A stretch of 43,679 nt of DNA from an uncultured Alphaproteobacteria bacterium (GCA_964405515.1 CAYOOG010000003.1:1-43679), one strand, 5' to 3'. Counted from the stretch's first letter, positions 9,975 to 21,073 are shown. Program-made: numbers and translations. Notes: generated from the sequence alone by a model not told the origin.

Positions 9975-10439
9975 ATGACCGAAGCGCCACATTTGATGAT
10001 CGTCGAGGCGCGATTCTACGAGGATGTCGCCGATGAATTGGTGGCCGGCGCGATCGAAGCGATCGAGGCTGCCGGTGGAACCTATCACCGTTACTCTGTC
10101 CCCGGCGCCTTCGAAATTCCCTCGGCAATAAATTATGCTATCCGCGCCATGGGTGTGCGTGGTGGCCGCCGCCGTTATGAGGGCTACGTAGCCTTGGGTT
10201 GCGTTATTCGGGGCGAGACCAGCCATTATGATTACGTCTGTGGCGAAAGCGCCAGAGGGCTGCAGGACTTGGCGCTGCAGTACGCCATCGCCCTTGGCTA
10301 TGGAATTCTGACGGTGGAAAACCGCGAACAGGCCTGGGCCCGGGCGGCACGGGATCAGGGCAACAAGGGCGGCGTGGCGGCCCGGGCGGCGCTCGACATG
10401 ATCGCCCTCAAGCACGAATTCGGCTTGCTGCCGCGATGA
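9975..10439 (+). CDS. ribH: 6,7-dimethyl-8-ribityllumazine synthase
   Basis: VPGAFEIP and the GCVIRGETSHYDYV signature, 154 aa. Confidence 0.93.
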   Translation: MTEAPHLMIVEARFYEDVADELVAGAIEAIEAAGGTYHRYSVPGAFEIPSAINYAIRAMGVRGGRRRYEGYVALGCVIRGETSHYDYVCGESARGLQDLALQYAIALGYGILTVENREQAWARAARDQGNKGGVAARAALDMIALKHEFGLLPR

Positions 10440-10873
10440 CTGATCCGCGCAGTGCCGCGCGCCTCGCTGCGGTGCAGGCGCTTTACCAGATTGAACGAAC
10501 CGGCCAGGATATCGAAGCCGTCATTGGTGAATATCTGGTGCACCGGCTGGGCGCCGAATTGGATGGCGACCTCTATGCGGAGGCCGACGAAGTTTTGTTC
10601 GCGGATATTGTGCGCGGTGTGCAGCCAAGCTTGCCCGAGCTTGACGGCGTAATCTCCGGTAGCCTGGACGAGGGCTGGCCGCTTGAGCGTTTGACCAGTA
10701 TCCTTCGGGCGCTCTTGCGGGCCGCCACTTACGAGCTTAGCGTTAGCCGGGATGTACCGGTCAAGGTCATCATCAACGAGTACGTCGACATGGCGCACGC
10801 CTTCTACGGGGGTGACGAGCCGGGCTTCGCCAACGGCGTTCTTGATACCTTGGCGAAAAAGCTGCGGAACTGA
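10436..10873 (+). CDS. nusB: Transcription antitermination factor NusB
   Basis: RSAARLAAVQALYQ... and INEYVDMAHAF are typical NusB. ATGA overlap with ribH. Confidence 0.9.
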   Translation: MTDPRSAARLAAVQALYQIERTGQDIEAVIGEYLVHRLGAELDGDLYAEADEVLFADIVRGVQPSLPELDGVISGSLDEGWPLERLTSILRALLRAATYELSVSRDVPVKVIINEYVDMAHAFYGGDEPGFANGVLDTLAKKLRN

Positions 10874-10888
10874 TTACGGAGAAGAGCG

Positions 10889-11884
10889 ATGTCGGAGGAT
10901 GGAACGGGCAGCCCGGGCGAATTCGAGATTATCGCTGAAATTTTCGCGCCTCTGGCCGGGAATTTCCCAGGCGCCTTTGAGCTTACCGACGACGCCGCGT
11001 TGCTGGAGCCGCCACCCGGCCAGGATCTGGTGCTGACCAAGGACATGCTGGCTGAGGGCGTGCATTTCCTGCCCGATACACCGGCGGACCTGGTGGCGCG
11101 GAAACTCATGCGCGTCAATTTGTCGGATTTGGCCGCCATGGGCGCAAAGCCTCTCGGTTATATGCTCGGCATTGCCCTTGCGGCGGAAATTGACACGGAC
11201 TGGCTGCGGCTTTTTGCCGCCGGGCTGGCGGAAGATCAGGCGGCGTTCGGAATCTCGCTCATGGGCGGCGATACCGTGGCGGCGCCGAATAGCGTCTTTT
11301 CGCTGACCGCCGTGGGGCAGGTGGCCAAGGGCCGGGCGTTACGCAGGAAGGGCGCGCGCATCGGCGACCGGCTGTTCGTCAGCGGCAATATTGGCGACGG
11401 AATTCTTGGTCTCATGGCCGCGCGTGGCGAACTGGGCTCGCTTGCGGACAATCACCGCCGGGAATTGATGGCGCGCTATCAACTGCCGGATCCACGGCTT
11501 GATTTCGGCCAGCGGGTGGCGCCCGTGGCCCGCTCCGGCATCGATGTTTCCGACGGTCTGGTGGCTGATCTCGAGCACATGTGCCGGGCCTCCGGGGTCA
11601 GCGCAATTGTTCAGGCTGAGAGCGTTCCCCTTTCGGATGCGGCGCGCGCGGCCTTGGATGCGGACGCCGGCATCAATTTGGCGGCGCTCCTGAGTGGCGG
11701 TGATGACTACGAGCTGCTTTTCGCCGTGGGTGAGAATGACGTGGCGCCGGTGCGCGCCCTGGCGCAGTTGAGTGACGTGCGTCTAAGTGAAATCGGCGTC
11801 ATGGGGGAGGGCGCGGGGGTCCGGGTGCTGGACCGGGATGGTGCCTCTATGCCAATGAAATCAAAAGGATACACGCATCGTTAG
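10889..11884 (+). CDS. thiL: Thiamine-monophosphate kinase
   Basis: GEFEIIAEIF..., DDAALL, VLTKDMLAEGVHF and the AIR-synthase-like fold pattern GGDT; SGGDDYELLF. Confidence 0.9.
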   Translation: MSEDGTGSPGEFEIIAEIFAPLAGNFPGAFELTDDAALLEPPPGQDLVLTKDMLAEGVHFLPDTPADLVARKLMRVNLSDLAAMGAKPLGYMLGIALAAEIDTDWLRLFAAGLAEDQAAFGISLMGGDTVAAPNSVFSLTAVGQVAKGRALRRKGARIGDRLFVSGNIGDGILGLMAARGELGSLADNHRRELMARYQLPDPRLDFGQRVAPVARSGIDVSDGLVADLEHMCRASGVSAIVQAESVPLSDAARAALDADAGINLAALLSGGDDYELLFAVGENDVAPVRALAQLSDVRLSEIGVMGEGAGVRVLDRDGASMPMKSKGYTHR

Positions 11885-11968
11885 GCCAGGCTTTGCGTTC
11901 CGGGATCGTTAAGAGCTTTTGGGTAGACTTAGGGTCGGAAAGACTCTAGAGCGAAGGAGATTTGCCTG

Positions 11969-12391
11969 ATGAAGCCAATGATCACGGCACTCGTTGCGGC
12001 CACGCTATTGTGGGCCGGGCCGGTACAGGCGGCGGATCAGAATGGGGCCAACGCTAAGAGGCCATACGAACTGCCCGAGGGCAGCGCATTCGTTCACACC
12101 GAAGGGATTGCCGCGCCGCTCTACCACAAGAAGCGCCAGACCGCGTACATTCATTACGCTTTCGCGCTTGTGGTTGTCGACGAGGAGAGCGCCACCGCCA
12201 TGCGCACGAAACGCCCGCGTATTCGCGAGACGATCCTTGATGCCTTGAACCGTTTTTCCTTCGCCCAGCGCCACGCCCCCACCCGCATCAATATACCAAA
12301 GCTGAAGGCGGAAATTCTGGCGCGGACACAGAAGCTGTTCGGCAGGAACGTCGTGCTTCGGGTTTTGGTCACCCAGGTCCGCCCGACATAG
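11969..12391 (+). CDS. Secreted hypothetical protein (140 aa), possibly FliL-like fold
   Basis: The signal peptide MKPMITALVAATLLWAGPVQA/AD is clear. The layout (YIHYAFALVVVDEE...RPRIRETILDALN...KLKAEIL...VLVTQV) loosely resembles FliL-family proteins. This is an inference only. Confidence 0.55.
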   Translation: MKPMITALVAATLLWAGPVQAADQNGANAKRPYELPEGSAFVHTEGIAAPLYHKKRQTAYIHYAFALVVVDEESATAMRTKRPRIRETILDALNRFSFAQRHAPTRINIPKLKAEILARTQKLFGRNVVLRVLVTQVRPT

Positions 12392-12616
12392 AGAATTGCC
12401 ACGGCCTCCTGCTCCCCATCGCCGGAGTGTCAATGGCGCGGCCTCGGCGGGCCCCGGGAAATCGGCCTCGGGTGGGCGATTCAGCGGTTGCGCTTGGGCC
12501 TCAACTCTGGCACCTTCCGCGCGACTTTTCAGGGACCGGCGCGCCATTACGGATTCATCCCGTAAGGCCTTGATTTACCGGGCATTTTCATCGTCCAGAG
12601 GACTGGGAGTTTAACC

Positions 12617-14716
12617 ATGTCAGCGAGTTTGTGGTACGTGATTGGGTGTGGCGCGGTGGCGCTGTTGTATGGGATTTATGCCAGCCGTTCGGTGCTCTCG
12701 GCCGACGCTGGGTCCGCGCGCATGCAGGAAATATCCGGCGCCGTGCAGGAAGGCGCCAGCGCCTACCTCAACCGGCAGTACCGCGCCATCGCCATTGTCG
12801 GCATCGTCATTGCCGTCCTGCTTTCATGGCTCTTGGGCGCCAAGGTCGGTGTGGGCTTCATCATTGGCTCGGTTTTATCCGGTGTTGCCGGGTATATCGG
12901 CATGAACGTCTCGGTGCGGGCAAACGTGCGCACCGCCCAGGCGGCAAGCGTTAGCCTGGGGTCCGGGCTTGAGTTGGCCTTCAAGGCCGGCGCCGTGACC
13001 GGCATGCTGGTGGTTGGCCTCGGCCTACTGTCCGTCGCCGGATATTATGGCTATCTGGTATCCAGCGGCGCCACCGGACGCGATCTTGTGGATCCGTTGG
13101 TGGCTCTTGGCTTCGGCGGTTCTCTCATCTCCATTTTTGCGCGGCTTGGTGGCGGCATCTTTACCAAGGGCGCCGACGTCGGCGCCGACCTTGTGGGCAA
13201 GGTCGAGGCCGGTATTCCCGAGGACGACCCGCGCAACCCGGCGGTGATTGCCGACAACGTCGGCGACAACGTGGGCGACTGCGCCGGCATGGCCGCCGAC
13301 CTGTTCGAGACCTACGTGGTGACCATGGTCGCCACCATGTTGCTGGCCTCCATCTATTTCGCCGGGACGGGCAGCTCCACCGCCATGATGTTCTACCCAC
13401 TGGCCATTGGCGGGGCCTGCATCATCACCTCGGTGATCGGCACGTTCTTCGTCCGCCTTGGCAAATCCCAAAGCATCATGGGCGCGCTTTACAAGGGCTT
13501 CCTGGTATCGGCTCTGCTTTCCGCCGTGGCGTTGTGGTTCGTTACCGACGCCGTGATTGGCGTTTCCACTACCTACGCTGCCTTGGGCCAGGAATTCACC
13601 GGCAGGGATTTGTTTTACTGCGGTCTCGTTGGCCTCGCCGTGACCGGGCTGCTGATCTGGGTGACGGAATATTACACCTCGACCGAGTATCGCCCGGTGC
13701 GCTCCATCGCCGAGGCCTCCAACACCGGTTCGGCCACCAACATCATTCAGGGTCTGGCCATTTCCATGGAAGCAACGACCATTCCGGCGATCATCATCTG
13801 CGTGGCCATCGTGACCACTTTCCAGATTGCCGGATTGTTCGGAATTGCCATAGCGGTCACCGCCATGCTGTCGCTGGCGGGAATGGTTGTCGCGCTTGAT
13901 GCCTACGGCCCGGTTACCGACAACGCCGGCGGCATCGCCGAAATGGCCGAGCTGGACGAAAGCGTGCGCAAGACCACGGACGCGCTCGACGCCGTTGGCA
14001 ACACCACCAAGGCCGTGACCAAGGGCTACGCCATTGGCTCGGCGGGGCTCGCCGCGCTGGTGCTATTTGCGGCCTACACGGCGGACCTCGACCACCTGAT
14101 CGCGACCCACCCTGATTTCGCCGGCATGGATGTTAATTTCAGCCTTTCCAATCCTTACGTCATTGTCGGGCTGTTTATCGGTGGCGCCTTGCCGTTCCTG
14201 TTTGGCGCCATGGGCATGACCGCAGTCGGCCGTGCCGCCGGTTCCGTGGTTATGGAAGTGCGCCGCCAGTTCAAGGAGATCGACGGCATCATGGAAGGCA
14301 CCGGCAAGCCGGATTACAGCCGCGCCGTGGACCTGCTGACCAAGGCGGCGATCAAGGAAATGATCGTACCCTCGATGCTGCCGGTTCTAGCCCCGATTGT
14401 CGTGTACTACGCCGTCATGTTGGCGGCGGGGCAGGCGGCGGCCTTCTCGGCCCTGGGCGCAATGCTTGTGGGCGTGATTGTCACCGGCCTGTTCGTGGCG
14501 CTGTCCATGACGGCGGGCGGCGGGGCCTGGGACAATGCAAAGAAGTTCATCGAAGACGGTAACCATGGCGGCAAGGGCTCGGATGCTCACACAGCGGCCA
14601 TTACCGGCGACACCGTGGGTGATCCTTATAAGGACACGGCGGGCCCGGCGGTGAACCCGATGATCAAGATCACCAACATCGTGGCGCTGCTGCTATTGGC
14701 GGCTCTGCTGCACTAA
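12617..14716 (+). CDS. hppA: Membrane-bound H+-translocating pyrophosphatase
   Basis: 699 aa and polytopic. The signature motifs [39 protein letters not shown] and [18 protein letters not shown] are present. Confidence 0.96.
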   Translation: MSASLWYVIGCGAVALLYGIYASRSVLSADAGSARMQEISGAVQEGASAYLNRQYRAIAIVGIVIAVLLSWLLGAKVGVGFIIGSVLSGVAGYIGMNVSVRANVRTAQAASVSLGSGLELAFKAGAVTGMLVVGLGLLSVAGYYGYLVSSGATGRDLVDPLVALGFGGSLISIFARLGGGIFTKGADVGADLVGKVEAGIPEDDPRNPAVIADNVGDNVGDCAGMAADLFETYVVTMVATMLLASIYFAGTGSSTAMMFYPLAIGGACIITSVIGTFFVRLGKSQSIMGALYKGFLVSALLSAVALWFVTDAVIGVSTTYAALGQEFTGRDLFYCGLVGLAVTGLLIWVTEYYTSTEYRPVRSIAEASNTGSATNIIQGLAISMEATTIPAIIICVAIVTTFQIAGLFGIAIAVTAMLSLAGMVVALDAYGPVTDNAGGIAEMAELDESVRKTTDALDAVGNTTKAVTKGYAIGSAGLAALVLFAAYTADLDHLIATHPDFAGMDVNFSLSNPYVIVGLFIGGALPFLFGAMGMTAVGRAAGSVVMEVRRQFKEIDGIMEGTGKPDYSRAVDLLTKAAIKEMIVPSMLPVLAPIVVYYAVMLAAGQAAAFSALGAMLVGVIVTGLFVALSMTAGGGAWDNAKKFIEDGNHGGKGSDAHTAAITGDTVGDPYKDTAGPAVNPMIKITNIVALLLLAALLH

Positions 14717-14965
14717 GGCGGCGGTCCGAAGCAGAAACTGGAAATGGGCCGGTAAAGAACAACGGGGCAAAAGGCCGCCGGACAGAGCCAATATTGTGCA
14801 GAAAATGTTCGATACGACAGCGAATATAGAACCGTTCTATCGGGCCGTCCCAAGTTGCCGATTGCCCATCAGCAGTCTCGTGTCCCTCGACCAACTCATC
14901 GAAATTAATTTGACCAAGTGAATCTTGGAATATGCGAAGCGCGTCATCCCCTCCATCTACTCCAT

Positions 14966-15817
14966 TTAGGACGGCTCGTTGTCTTCACAGCCCTGGCCTT
15001 CATATAGGTGGCGGGTGTGGCGCTCCGCATCAAGCAAATATAGTACAGCGTCCGGCGCATCGCGTGTGACCACGAAATATTCCGAAAATCCCCAATTTCG
15101 CAAAGATACCTCGCTCAACATGAGCATATCTTCCAGGCTATCATGATCGAAATCGCCCCGGGCCAAGAGCTTGATCGTCGTGCCGAGCGTATTACCTAAC
15201 TCTTCATAGGTTAGCTCGATACGGTCCCCTGCCGCTTTGATTGCCTCAAATGAATTTGACGAAGTTCTTTGCCAAAAAAGGTTCAGGGGCACGCGTTGTT
15301 TGTTCGCATCAAATGAAATACAGCGAAAGGCGCTCGACATCGGCACATCCAAGAAGGCAGGCAGATAATTCAGTGCGTTTTTGTCCAACACAAAATCGCG
15401 CACGAAACTTTTCTTAGCTGGAATGGCCTTGCTTAGCTGTTCCAATGCCTGGCAAAAAACGCCCCAACTGCCTTGCCGATAACTTTCGTTAACTGTCCAG
15501 CGCTGCGCTCCCATATAAGTTATGTGGTCGTTCTGTTCCGCGAGATGTTTGTAGGTCGCGCAGTCAAAAATTTCGTAACCGTCTTCTTCAGACTCATTCT
15601 TGCGGGCGACCCACTTGCCATGTTGAAGCGGCGTGGTGAGAAGCCTCTCGGCATCTTCCAGTTTTTCAAATGCGTAACCATGTTCAGCGGCGTACTCAAT
15701 CACCGGCTCCCACCACACCGGGTAAAGGCCTTCGTCTTGCTCATCCGCCGCCAGCGCACTTTGCGCGCACAGAAGCGCGGACAAAAAGATCGCGAGACAA
15801 TATCTGAAGAAAGTCAT
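14966..15817 (-). CDS. Orphan secreted hypothetical protein in a low-GC insertion
   Basis: Long ORF with signal peptide MTFFRYCLAIFLSALLCAQSALA/AD. I recognise no family. AT content is visibly higher than in the neighbours. The start is uncertain (ATG 15817 or TTG 15832) and the SD is weak. Confidence 0.6.
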   Translation of the reverse strand: MTFFRYCLAIFLSALLCAQSALAADEQDEGLYPVWWEPVIEYAAEHGYAFEKLEDAERLLTTPLQHGKWVARKNESEEDGYEIFDCATYKHLAEQNDHITYMGAQRWTVNESYRQGSWGVFCQALEQLSKAIPAKKSFVRDFVLDKNALNYLPAFLDVPMSSAFRCISFDANKQRVPLNLFWQRTSSNSFEAIKAAGDRIELTYEELGNTLGTTIKLLARGDFDHDSLEDMLMLSEVSLRNWGFSEYFVVTRDAPDAVLYLLDAERHTRHLYEGQGCEDNEPS

Positions 15818-15944
15818 CTGAATGAAAAGCAATGGCCGCCCCCGAACAAATTGTCAGTTCGGGCACTATCCTAGATGATTGCGTCCACAATGTGGCGAAT
15901 GGGATTTGAGAATTTCTCGCCCGTTGCCGGGCGGCGGCCGGGCG

Positions 15945-16418
15945 CTACTGTTGCTGCTGCTGGCCCTGCTTTTTGTTGAAGCGGCCCATGTTGCCCAGGA
16001 CCTGCTCGAAGAAGCCGAGCTTCTTGCCCCGGGTCGGGGTCTTGCGCTTGACCAGATCGATGTGGCGGGCTTCTTCAATGCCGTGCTGCTCGATCTCCGA
16101 CACGTGGCCGGTTTCGTCGAAGGAAATGGCCAAAATCTTCTGGTCGAGGAGCTTCTCCTCGAAAAAGGCGAAGTTTTCCGCCCGCCGGCTGACGTAATAC
16201 CAGGTGTCGTCGTCAAAGGTCGATACGTTGGTCGGGTTGCCGAGCATTTGGCCGACCGACATCTTGTTGTCGACGCCGACGCGGATTTCCGCCACCAGGT
16301 CCGGGTCGGGCACGAAGCCGCGATTGTCGATGGTCGGCGCACAGCCGGTCATCAGGCCGGCGCATATAATGAGAGGCGCGGCATGTCTGGCAAGGGAACG
16401 GCGGGTCTTCAGCGTCAT
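15945..16418 (-). CDS. bamE: Outer membrane protein assembly factor BamE (SmpA/OmlA lipoprotein)
   Basis: Lipobox LMTGC after MTLKTRRSLARHAAPLIICAG. The SmpA/OmlA core is VGVDNKMSVGQMLGNPTNVSTFDDDTWYYV. The C-terminal tail is Gln-rich. Confidence 0.85.
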   Translation of the reverse strand: MTLKTRRSLARHAAPLIICAGLMTGCAPTIDNRGFVPDPDLVAEIRVGVDNKMSVGQMLGNPTNVSTFDDDTWYYVSRRAENFAFFEEKLLDQKILAISFDETGHVSEIEQHGIEEARHIDLVKRKTPTRGKKLGFFEQVLGNMGRFNKKQGQQQQQ

Positions 16419-16551
16419 GTTCGGCACGGTGTTTTTCTCTTGCGGCGACGGCCCGCAAACGATACTGCGGGGCTGATCACGGAACATGGCATCGGGCGCG
16501 GCCCCTGTCAACGGGACCGCACATCCGGCGCGAAGGTTTTGCAGTAGGGCA

Positions 16552-17091
16552 ATGATGTTTAAGCGTTTTTTTGGCTCCAAGCCCCATGCCGAGGCGGCTT
16601 CAAGCCTTTACGAGAAGCTTGTCGCCCAGGCCCGCCGGCGGGAATTCTACGCCGCCGCCGGGGTGCCCGATACGCTCGACGGGCGTTTCGACCTGGTGGT
16701 GCTGCACGCCTTCTTGGTCATGCACCGGCTGAAGACGGGCGGCGACGACGCCTTGGAGCTCTCCCAGGCCCTTTTCGACCATATGTTCGCCGATCTGGAC
16801 GGCGCCATTCGAGAAATGGGCGCCGGGGACATCGGCGTGCCGAAAAAGGTCAGACAAATGATCAGCGCCTTCTACGGGCGGGTGACGGCCTACGAGGTGG
16901 CCCTGGCGGGCGAGGCGGGGGATTTGGCGGCGGCAGTGTCGCGCAACGTCTACCGGGCCGAGGATGGGGCGGCTGACGGCGCCGTGGCCCTGGCGCGCTA
17001 CGTGGAGGCCCAGATTGAGGCTCTGGCGGCACAGGAGGAGGCGGCGCTCTTGAGCGGCAAAGTGGAATTCCTCGCCCCCGAGCTGCAATAA
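16552..17091 (+). CDS. Ubiquinol-cytochrome c chaperone (Cbp3-like) family protein
   Basis: MFKRFFG...LYEKLVAQARRREFY...PDTLDGRFDLVVLHAFLVMHRL is the typical alphaproteobacterial Ubiq_cyt_C_chap pattern. Confidence 0.8.
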   Translation: MMFKRFFGSKPHAEAASSLYEKLVAQARRREFYAAAGVPDTLDGRFDLVVLHAFLVMHRLKTGGDDALELSQALFDHMFADLDGAIREMGAGDIGVPKKVRQMISAFYGRVTAYEVALAGEAGDLAAAVSRNVYRAEDGAADGAVALARYVEAQIEALAAQEEAALLSGKVEFLAPELQ

Positions 17092-17123
17092 GACCCATCG
17101 GGCCTTTCCGACCCCTCAAATCA

Positions 17124-17152
17124 TTGACCCGGCCCCGGGCGGGGCTTATGTT
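17124..17152 (+). promoter_or_regulatory. Sigma-70-type promoter candidate for yceD-rpmF-plsX-fabH
   Basis: TTGACC (17124-17129), 17 nt spacer, TATGTT (17147-17152). Confidence 0.45.
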
Positions 17153-17196
17153 GCGCGCCTTCTTCAAAATGGATGGCGAGCGGAACCTGTAACAAG

Positions 17197-17775
17197 ATGA
17201 AATCAGGGCAGGAAAATAGCGGGGCTTTCAGCCGCCGGGTGGGCCTGGAGACCATGGGCCCGGGCGATCTGAAGTTGCCTTTCGAGGCCGATGAGATTGA
17301 GCGCAAGGCAATTGCCGAGGCCCTTGATTTGCTCGATCTAAAGGCGTTTGGCGGGGCCGCGCGGCTGACGGCGATTTCGGGCGGTGGAGCTTGCCTTGAA
17401 GCGGATTTTGCCGCTGATGTCGTGCAGTCCTGTGTCGTCACCCTGGAGCCTGTGCCGAGCCATATAGAGCACGCCTTTAGCAGGGTCTATTTGCCCGCCT
17501 CGGCCGTTCCCGCCGAGGATTTGGAGGTCGAGATCGACCCGGCGGTTGAGGACCCACCGGAGGCCCTGGAGGGCGATGAGCTGGATGTCGGGGCGGCGGT
17601 GCTTGAGCAACTGGTTCTGCTCCTGAATCCCTATCCCAGACAGCCGAACGTCAGTCTCGCGGATTTTGGCCTGGCCGGCGAAAATGGCGAAAATTCTATT
17701 GAAAACAGCGACTTGAGAGAAGGTGGCAAGGCCAGCCCCTTTGCTATATTAAAGAAACTCAAAGACGAGGCTTGA
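17197..17775 (+). CDS. yceD: YceD/DUF177 family protein (ribosomal large-subunit accumulation protein)
   Basis: [33 protein letters not shown] matches the usual DUF177 N-terminus. It holds the conserved position upstream of rpmF. The start could also be 17173. Confidence 0.8.
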   Translation: MKSGQENSGAFSRRVGLETMGPGDLKLPFEADEIERKAIAEALDLLDLKAFGGAARLTAISGGGACLEADFAADVVQSCVVTLEPVPSHIEHAFSRVYLPASAVPAEDLEVEIDPAVEDPPEALEGDELDVGAAVLEQLVLLLNPYPRQPNVSLADFGLAGENGENSIENSDLREGGKASPFAILKKLKDEA

Positions 17776-17845
17776 GTCCGCGCGGGGATTGGGTATTTTC
17801 CAGCCGTTGCGGCCCGTTGAGGCCCATGGAAGCGAGATAAAGACT

Positions 17846-18031
17846 ATGGCGGTACCAAGAAAGAAAGTGTCCAAATCGCGGCGGAATATACGCCGCAGTC
17901 ACGACTCCCTCAAGGCGACGACCAGTAACGAGTGCCCCAATTGTGGGGAACTGCGGCGCCCTCATCACGTTTGCAGTGCTTGCGGTTACTACGCCGAGCG
18001 TGAGGTCGTAGACGTAACCGGCGCCGTGTAA
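17846..18031 (+). CDS. rpmF: 50S ribosomal protein L32
   Basis: [20 protein letters not shown] with the zinc-ribbon cysteines CPNCG...CSACG. Confidence 0.95.
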   Translation: MAVPRKKVSKSRRNIRRSHDSLKATTSNECPNCGELRRPHHVCSACGYYAEREVVDVTGAV

Positions 18032-18065
18032 ACGGCGCCATTTTCTTTACAACCGGATAACCGGC

Positions 18066-19139
18066 GTGACAGACAATCTGACGATTGCACTGGACGGCAT
18101 GGGGGGCGATCACGCCCCGGCGTCGGTTATTGCGGGCGCCGCGCAGACGGCTCGGGCGAGTGGCAAGGTTCGTTTCATCATCTTCGGTGATGAAGCCGTG
18201 TTGGCGCCCCTGATAGAGCAGGAGGCCGCGCTCGAGGGCCGCTGCGAGGTGCGGCATACCGATCAAGTCGTCAGTGACGCGGACAAGCCCGGGCAGGCTC
18301 TTCGCCGTGGCCAGGACTCCAGCATGGGCCTGGCCATTCAGGCGGTGCGGTCGGGCGAGGCCCTGGCCGCGGTGTCCGGTGGCAATACCGGCGCGCTCAT
18401 GGCCATGTCCAAGTTCATGTTGCGGACCTTGCCGGGGATCGATCGACCGGCGCTGTGTTCCCGCTTTCCCACGGTGGACGGATACACGGTGCTTCTCGAC
18501 CTTGGCGCCAACGTCGAGGCCGACGAAAACAACCTCGTGCAGTTTGCCGTCATGGGGGCGGAATACGCCCGGGCAACCCTGAATTTGAAGCGGCCCACGG
18601 TTGGCCTGCTGAATGTTGGCGTCGAGGAACTCAAAGGCGTCGGCGCGCTCCGCGCCGCCGGTGAAAAACTCAAGACGCTTTCGGCGCCCATGGAATTTAT
18701 CGGTTTTGTCGAGGGCAACGACATTACCGGTGGCGGTGCGGACGTTATCGTCACCGATGGATTTACCGGCAACGTGGCGCTCAAGACGGCGGAAGGCACG
18801 GCGAAGATGTTCGCCAGCTACCTCGGGGATGCCTTCAGGCGCTCCCTATGGACGCGCCTTGGCTATCTGTTGACCCGCCGGCCTCTCCTGTCCCTGCGCG
18901 ACCGCATGGACCCGCGCGACTACAACGGCGGAGTATTTATCGGCCTCAATGGTCTGGTGGTCAAAAGCCACGGCGGCAGCGACGGCCGGGGCTTTGCCTG
19001 CGCCATCGACATGGCGCTTGATATGGCCGGTGTAGATCTTTGCGCGCGCATCGCCGATGATTTCGACGTTTTTGCCAAGGCCGAGAACGGCAATGGGGGG
19101 CCTGAACAAGGCGACGACCGGCAGGAAGTGGCTCGGTGA
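18066..19139 (+). CDS. plsX: Phosphate acyltransferase PlsX
   Basis: [22 protein letters not shown] and [18 protein letters not shown] start. Confidence 0.94.
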   Translation: MTDNLTIALDGMGGDHAPASVIAGAAQTARASGKVRFIIFGDEAVLAPLIEQEAALEGRCEVRHTDQVVSDADKPGQALRRGQDSSMGLAIQAVRSGEALAAVSGGNTGALMAMSKFMLRTLPGIDRPALCSRFPTVDGYTVLLDLGANVEADENNLVQFAVMGAEYARATLNLKRPTVGLLNVGVEELKGVGALRAAGEKLKTLSAPMEFIGFVEGNDITGGGADVIVTDGFTGNVALKTAEGTAKMFASYLGDAFRRSLWTRLGYLLTRRPLLSLRDRMDPRDYNGGVFIGLNGLVVKSHGGSDGRGFACAIDMALDMAGVDLCARIADDFDVFAKAENGNGGPEQGDDRQEVAR

Positions 19140-20113
19140 GTGTTGTTCGTTCCGTTTTGAGCGGCAGTGGCGCTTATTTACCTGAAAAGGTACTGACCAA
19201 CGATGATCTGGCGAAGATCCTCGATACGGACGATGAATGGATCGTCGCCCGCTCGGGCATCCGTAAACGCCACATTGCCGCCGATGGTCAACTAACCTCC
19301 GATCTGGCCATCAAGGCCGCCGAAAGGGCGCTTGAGGACGCTGGATGCGGGGCCGACGAGGTCGATCTGATCGTACTTGCCACGGCAACGCCGGACGATA
19401 CCTTTCCGGCCTCCGCGACCAAGGTGCAACTGGGTTTGGGTATGACCGGCGGCGCCGCCTTTGACGTGCAGGCCGTGTGTTCGGGCTTCGTCTTCGCTCT
19501 GGCGGTCGCCGACAACTTCATCAAGGCCGGGCAGGCGAAACGGACTCTGGTTATCGGCGCGGAGACGTTTTCGCGTATTCTCGACTGGGAAGACCGCACC
19601 ACCTGTGTCCTGTTCGGCGACGGGGCGGGCGCCGTGGTGCTGGAGGCCGGCGAGGGCGAGGGCACTACCGATGATCGGGGTATCCTGGGCACCAAGATTC
19701 ATTCCGATGGCCGTCACCATGATCTGCTTTACGTGGATGGCGGCCCGTCTTCATCCAAGCAAGTGGGGAACTTGCGCATGCAGGGCCGTGAGGTCTTTCG
19801 CCATGCCGTCAAGAATCTGGCCGAGGTCGTGGGTGAGACCCTCGAAGACGTGGGCTTGACTCCGGAGGACCTGGACTGGCTGGTGCCCCATCAGGCGAAC
19901 AAGCGCATCCTCGACAGTACGGCGAAGAAATTGGGCCTTTCGCCGGAGGGCATGATCGTGACCGTGGACGAACACGCGAACACTTCGGCCGCGTCGGTGC
20001 CCCTGGCCTTGGACCAGGGCCGAAGGGACGGGCGAATCCAAGAGGGGCAGTTGGTCCTCATGGAGGCCATGGGCGGTGGATTCGCCTGGGGCGCCTGTCT
20101 GGTTCGCATGTAA
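19136..20113 (+). CDS. fabH: 3-oxoacyl-ACP synthase III
   Basis: [15 protein letters not shown] (active-site Cys), VPHQAN and [13 protein letters not shown]. The GTG start overlaps the plsX stop. Confidence 0.94.
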   Translation: MSVVRSVLSGSGAYLPEKVLTNDDLAKILDTDDEWIVARSGIRKRHIAADGQLTSDLAIKAAERALEDAGCGADEVDLIVLATATPDDTFPASATKVQLGLGMTGGAAFDVQAVCSGFVFALAVADNFIKAGQAKRTLVIGAETFSRILDWEDRTTCVLFGDGAGAVVLEAGEGEGTTDDRGILGTKIHSDGRHHDLLYVDGGPSSSKQVGNLRMQGREVFRHAVKNLAEVVGETLEDVGLTPEDLDWLVPHQANKRILDSTAKKLGLSPEGMIVTVDEHANTSAASVPLALDQGRRDGRIQEGQLVLMEAMGGGFAWGACLVRM

Positions 20114-20239
20114 GACTGGTGCATTAGCCCCCGGAATCCGGCCTTTAATTGACTTAAACAACGACTCGCATCTTATTGATATTGACGGCTTTCCCGGCTT
20201 TGGCTACCCTCGTAGCCGAGCTTTAGAGCGGGAGTTGTC

Positions 20240-20554
20240 ATGGCGAAAACAGTCACACGCGCGAATTTAACCGAGGCTGTCTATCAGGAAGTCGGCCTGT
20301 CCCGAAATGAATCCGCCCAGTTGGTTGAATCGGTATTGTTGGAAATCTCCGGCAGCCTGGTTACCGGCGACAGCGTCAAGGTTTCGTCTTTCGGCTCCTT
20401 CGCCGTTCGCGATAAGCGGGCGCGCATCGGACGCAACCCGAAGACGGGCGAGGAAGTGCCGATCAAGCCTCGGCGGGTGCTGGTATTCCGTCCTTCCCAT
20501 GTCTTGAAGGAGCGGATCAACAACGCCCTTACCGGGCGCCCGGCGGAAGCATAG
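20240..20554 (+). CDS. ihfA: Integration host factor subunit alpha
   Basis: [25 protein letters not shown]...[24 protein letters not shown] is the HU/IHF fold signature. Confidence 0.93.
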   Translation: MAKTVTRANLTEAVYQEVGLSRNESAQLVESVLLEISGSLVTGDSVKVSSFGSFAVRDKRARIGRNPKTGEEVPIKPRRVLVFRPSHVLKERINNALTGRPAEA

Positions 20555-20572
20555 GCGGCGGAAGTTACATTC

Positions 20573-21073
20573 ATGGCGATTGAAGGGGAGGCCCAGGTTC
20601 AGGATCAGGGCCGCAATGGCGGTAAGTCGCCCCAGGCGTTCCGGACCATTAGCGAGGTCGCGGGCAGCCTCGACGTGCCCCAGCACGTGCTGCGCTTCTG
20701 GGAAAGCAAGTTCAATCAGATCAAGCCCCTGAAGCGGGGCGGCGGGCGGCGCTACTACCGGCCCGAGGATGTCACCCTGTTGCGGGGCATCCGCAACCTC
20801 CTCTATCGGGACGGCTATACCATCCGCGGCGTGCAAAAGGTTCTGCGGGAGGTGGGTGTCAAGTCGGTGATCGATGTTGGCCGTGACGCCGAGGATAGCG
20901 GACGCAAGGCTAATCTGAGTCTGGGTGGCAGCCGGAGCCAGGATATCGCCATTCCGGCAAGCCCGGCGGAGGGCGGCGGCGATTCCGCAAACCCGGCGGA
21001 AAAGCGCGCGAAACTGCGCAGCGTTCTCGGCGAGTTGCGGGAAATTCAGGAAATACTGAAGAAACACGCCTAG
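20573..21073 (+). CDS. MerR-family HTH transcriptional regulator
   Basis: [45 protein letters not shown] is a MerR-type HTH. It sits in the position downstream of ihfA that is common in Alphaproteobacteria. Confidence 0.85.
   Translation: MAIEGEAQVQDQGRNGGKSPQAFRTISEVAGSLDVPQHVLRFWESKFNQIKPLKRGGGRRYYRPEDVTLLRGIRNLLYRDGYTIRGVQKVLREVGVKSVIDVGRDAEDSGRKANLSLGGSRSQDIAIPASPAEGGGDSANPAEKRAKLRSVLGELREIQEILKKHA

Noticed and set aside
7052-11884. Expected FMN (RFN) or TPP riboswitches in the rib/thiL cluster
   Set aside because: The genes are tightly packed or overlapping, leaving no intergenic space. No RFN or THI-box-like sequence was seen.
12392-12616. The 225-nt GC-rich leader of hppA (with CGGCCTCGG repeated twice and a TTACGG/CCGTAA hairpin) as a riboswitch, and ORF 12396-12614 as a gene
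   Set aside because: It bears no resemblance to any riboswitch core I know. The ORF product is Arg/Ser/Ala/Gly-rich junk without an SD. The short repeats are unremarkable in GC-rich DNA.
14670-14921. Small ORFs in the hppA-orphan spacer (74-aa minus ORF at 14670-14894; 38-codon plus ORF at 14805-14921) as a toxin-antitoxin or small-protein pair
   Set aside because: The minus ORF overlaps the hppA 3' end. Neither has an SD or a recognisable family, and the two overlap each other on opposite strands. They are more likely remnants.
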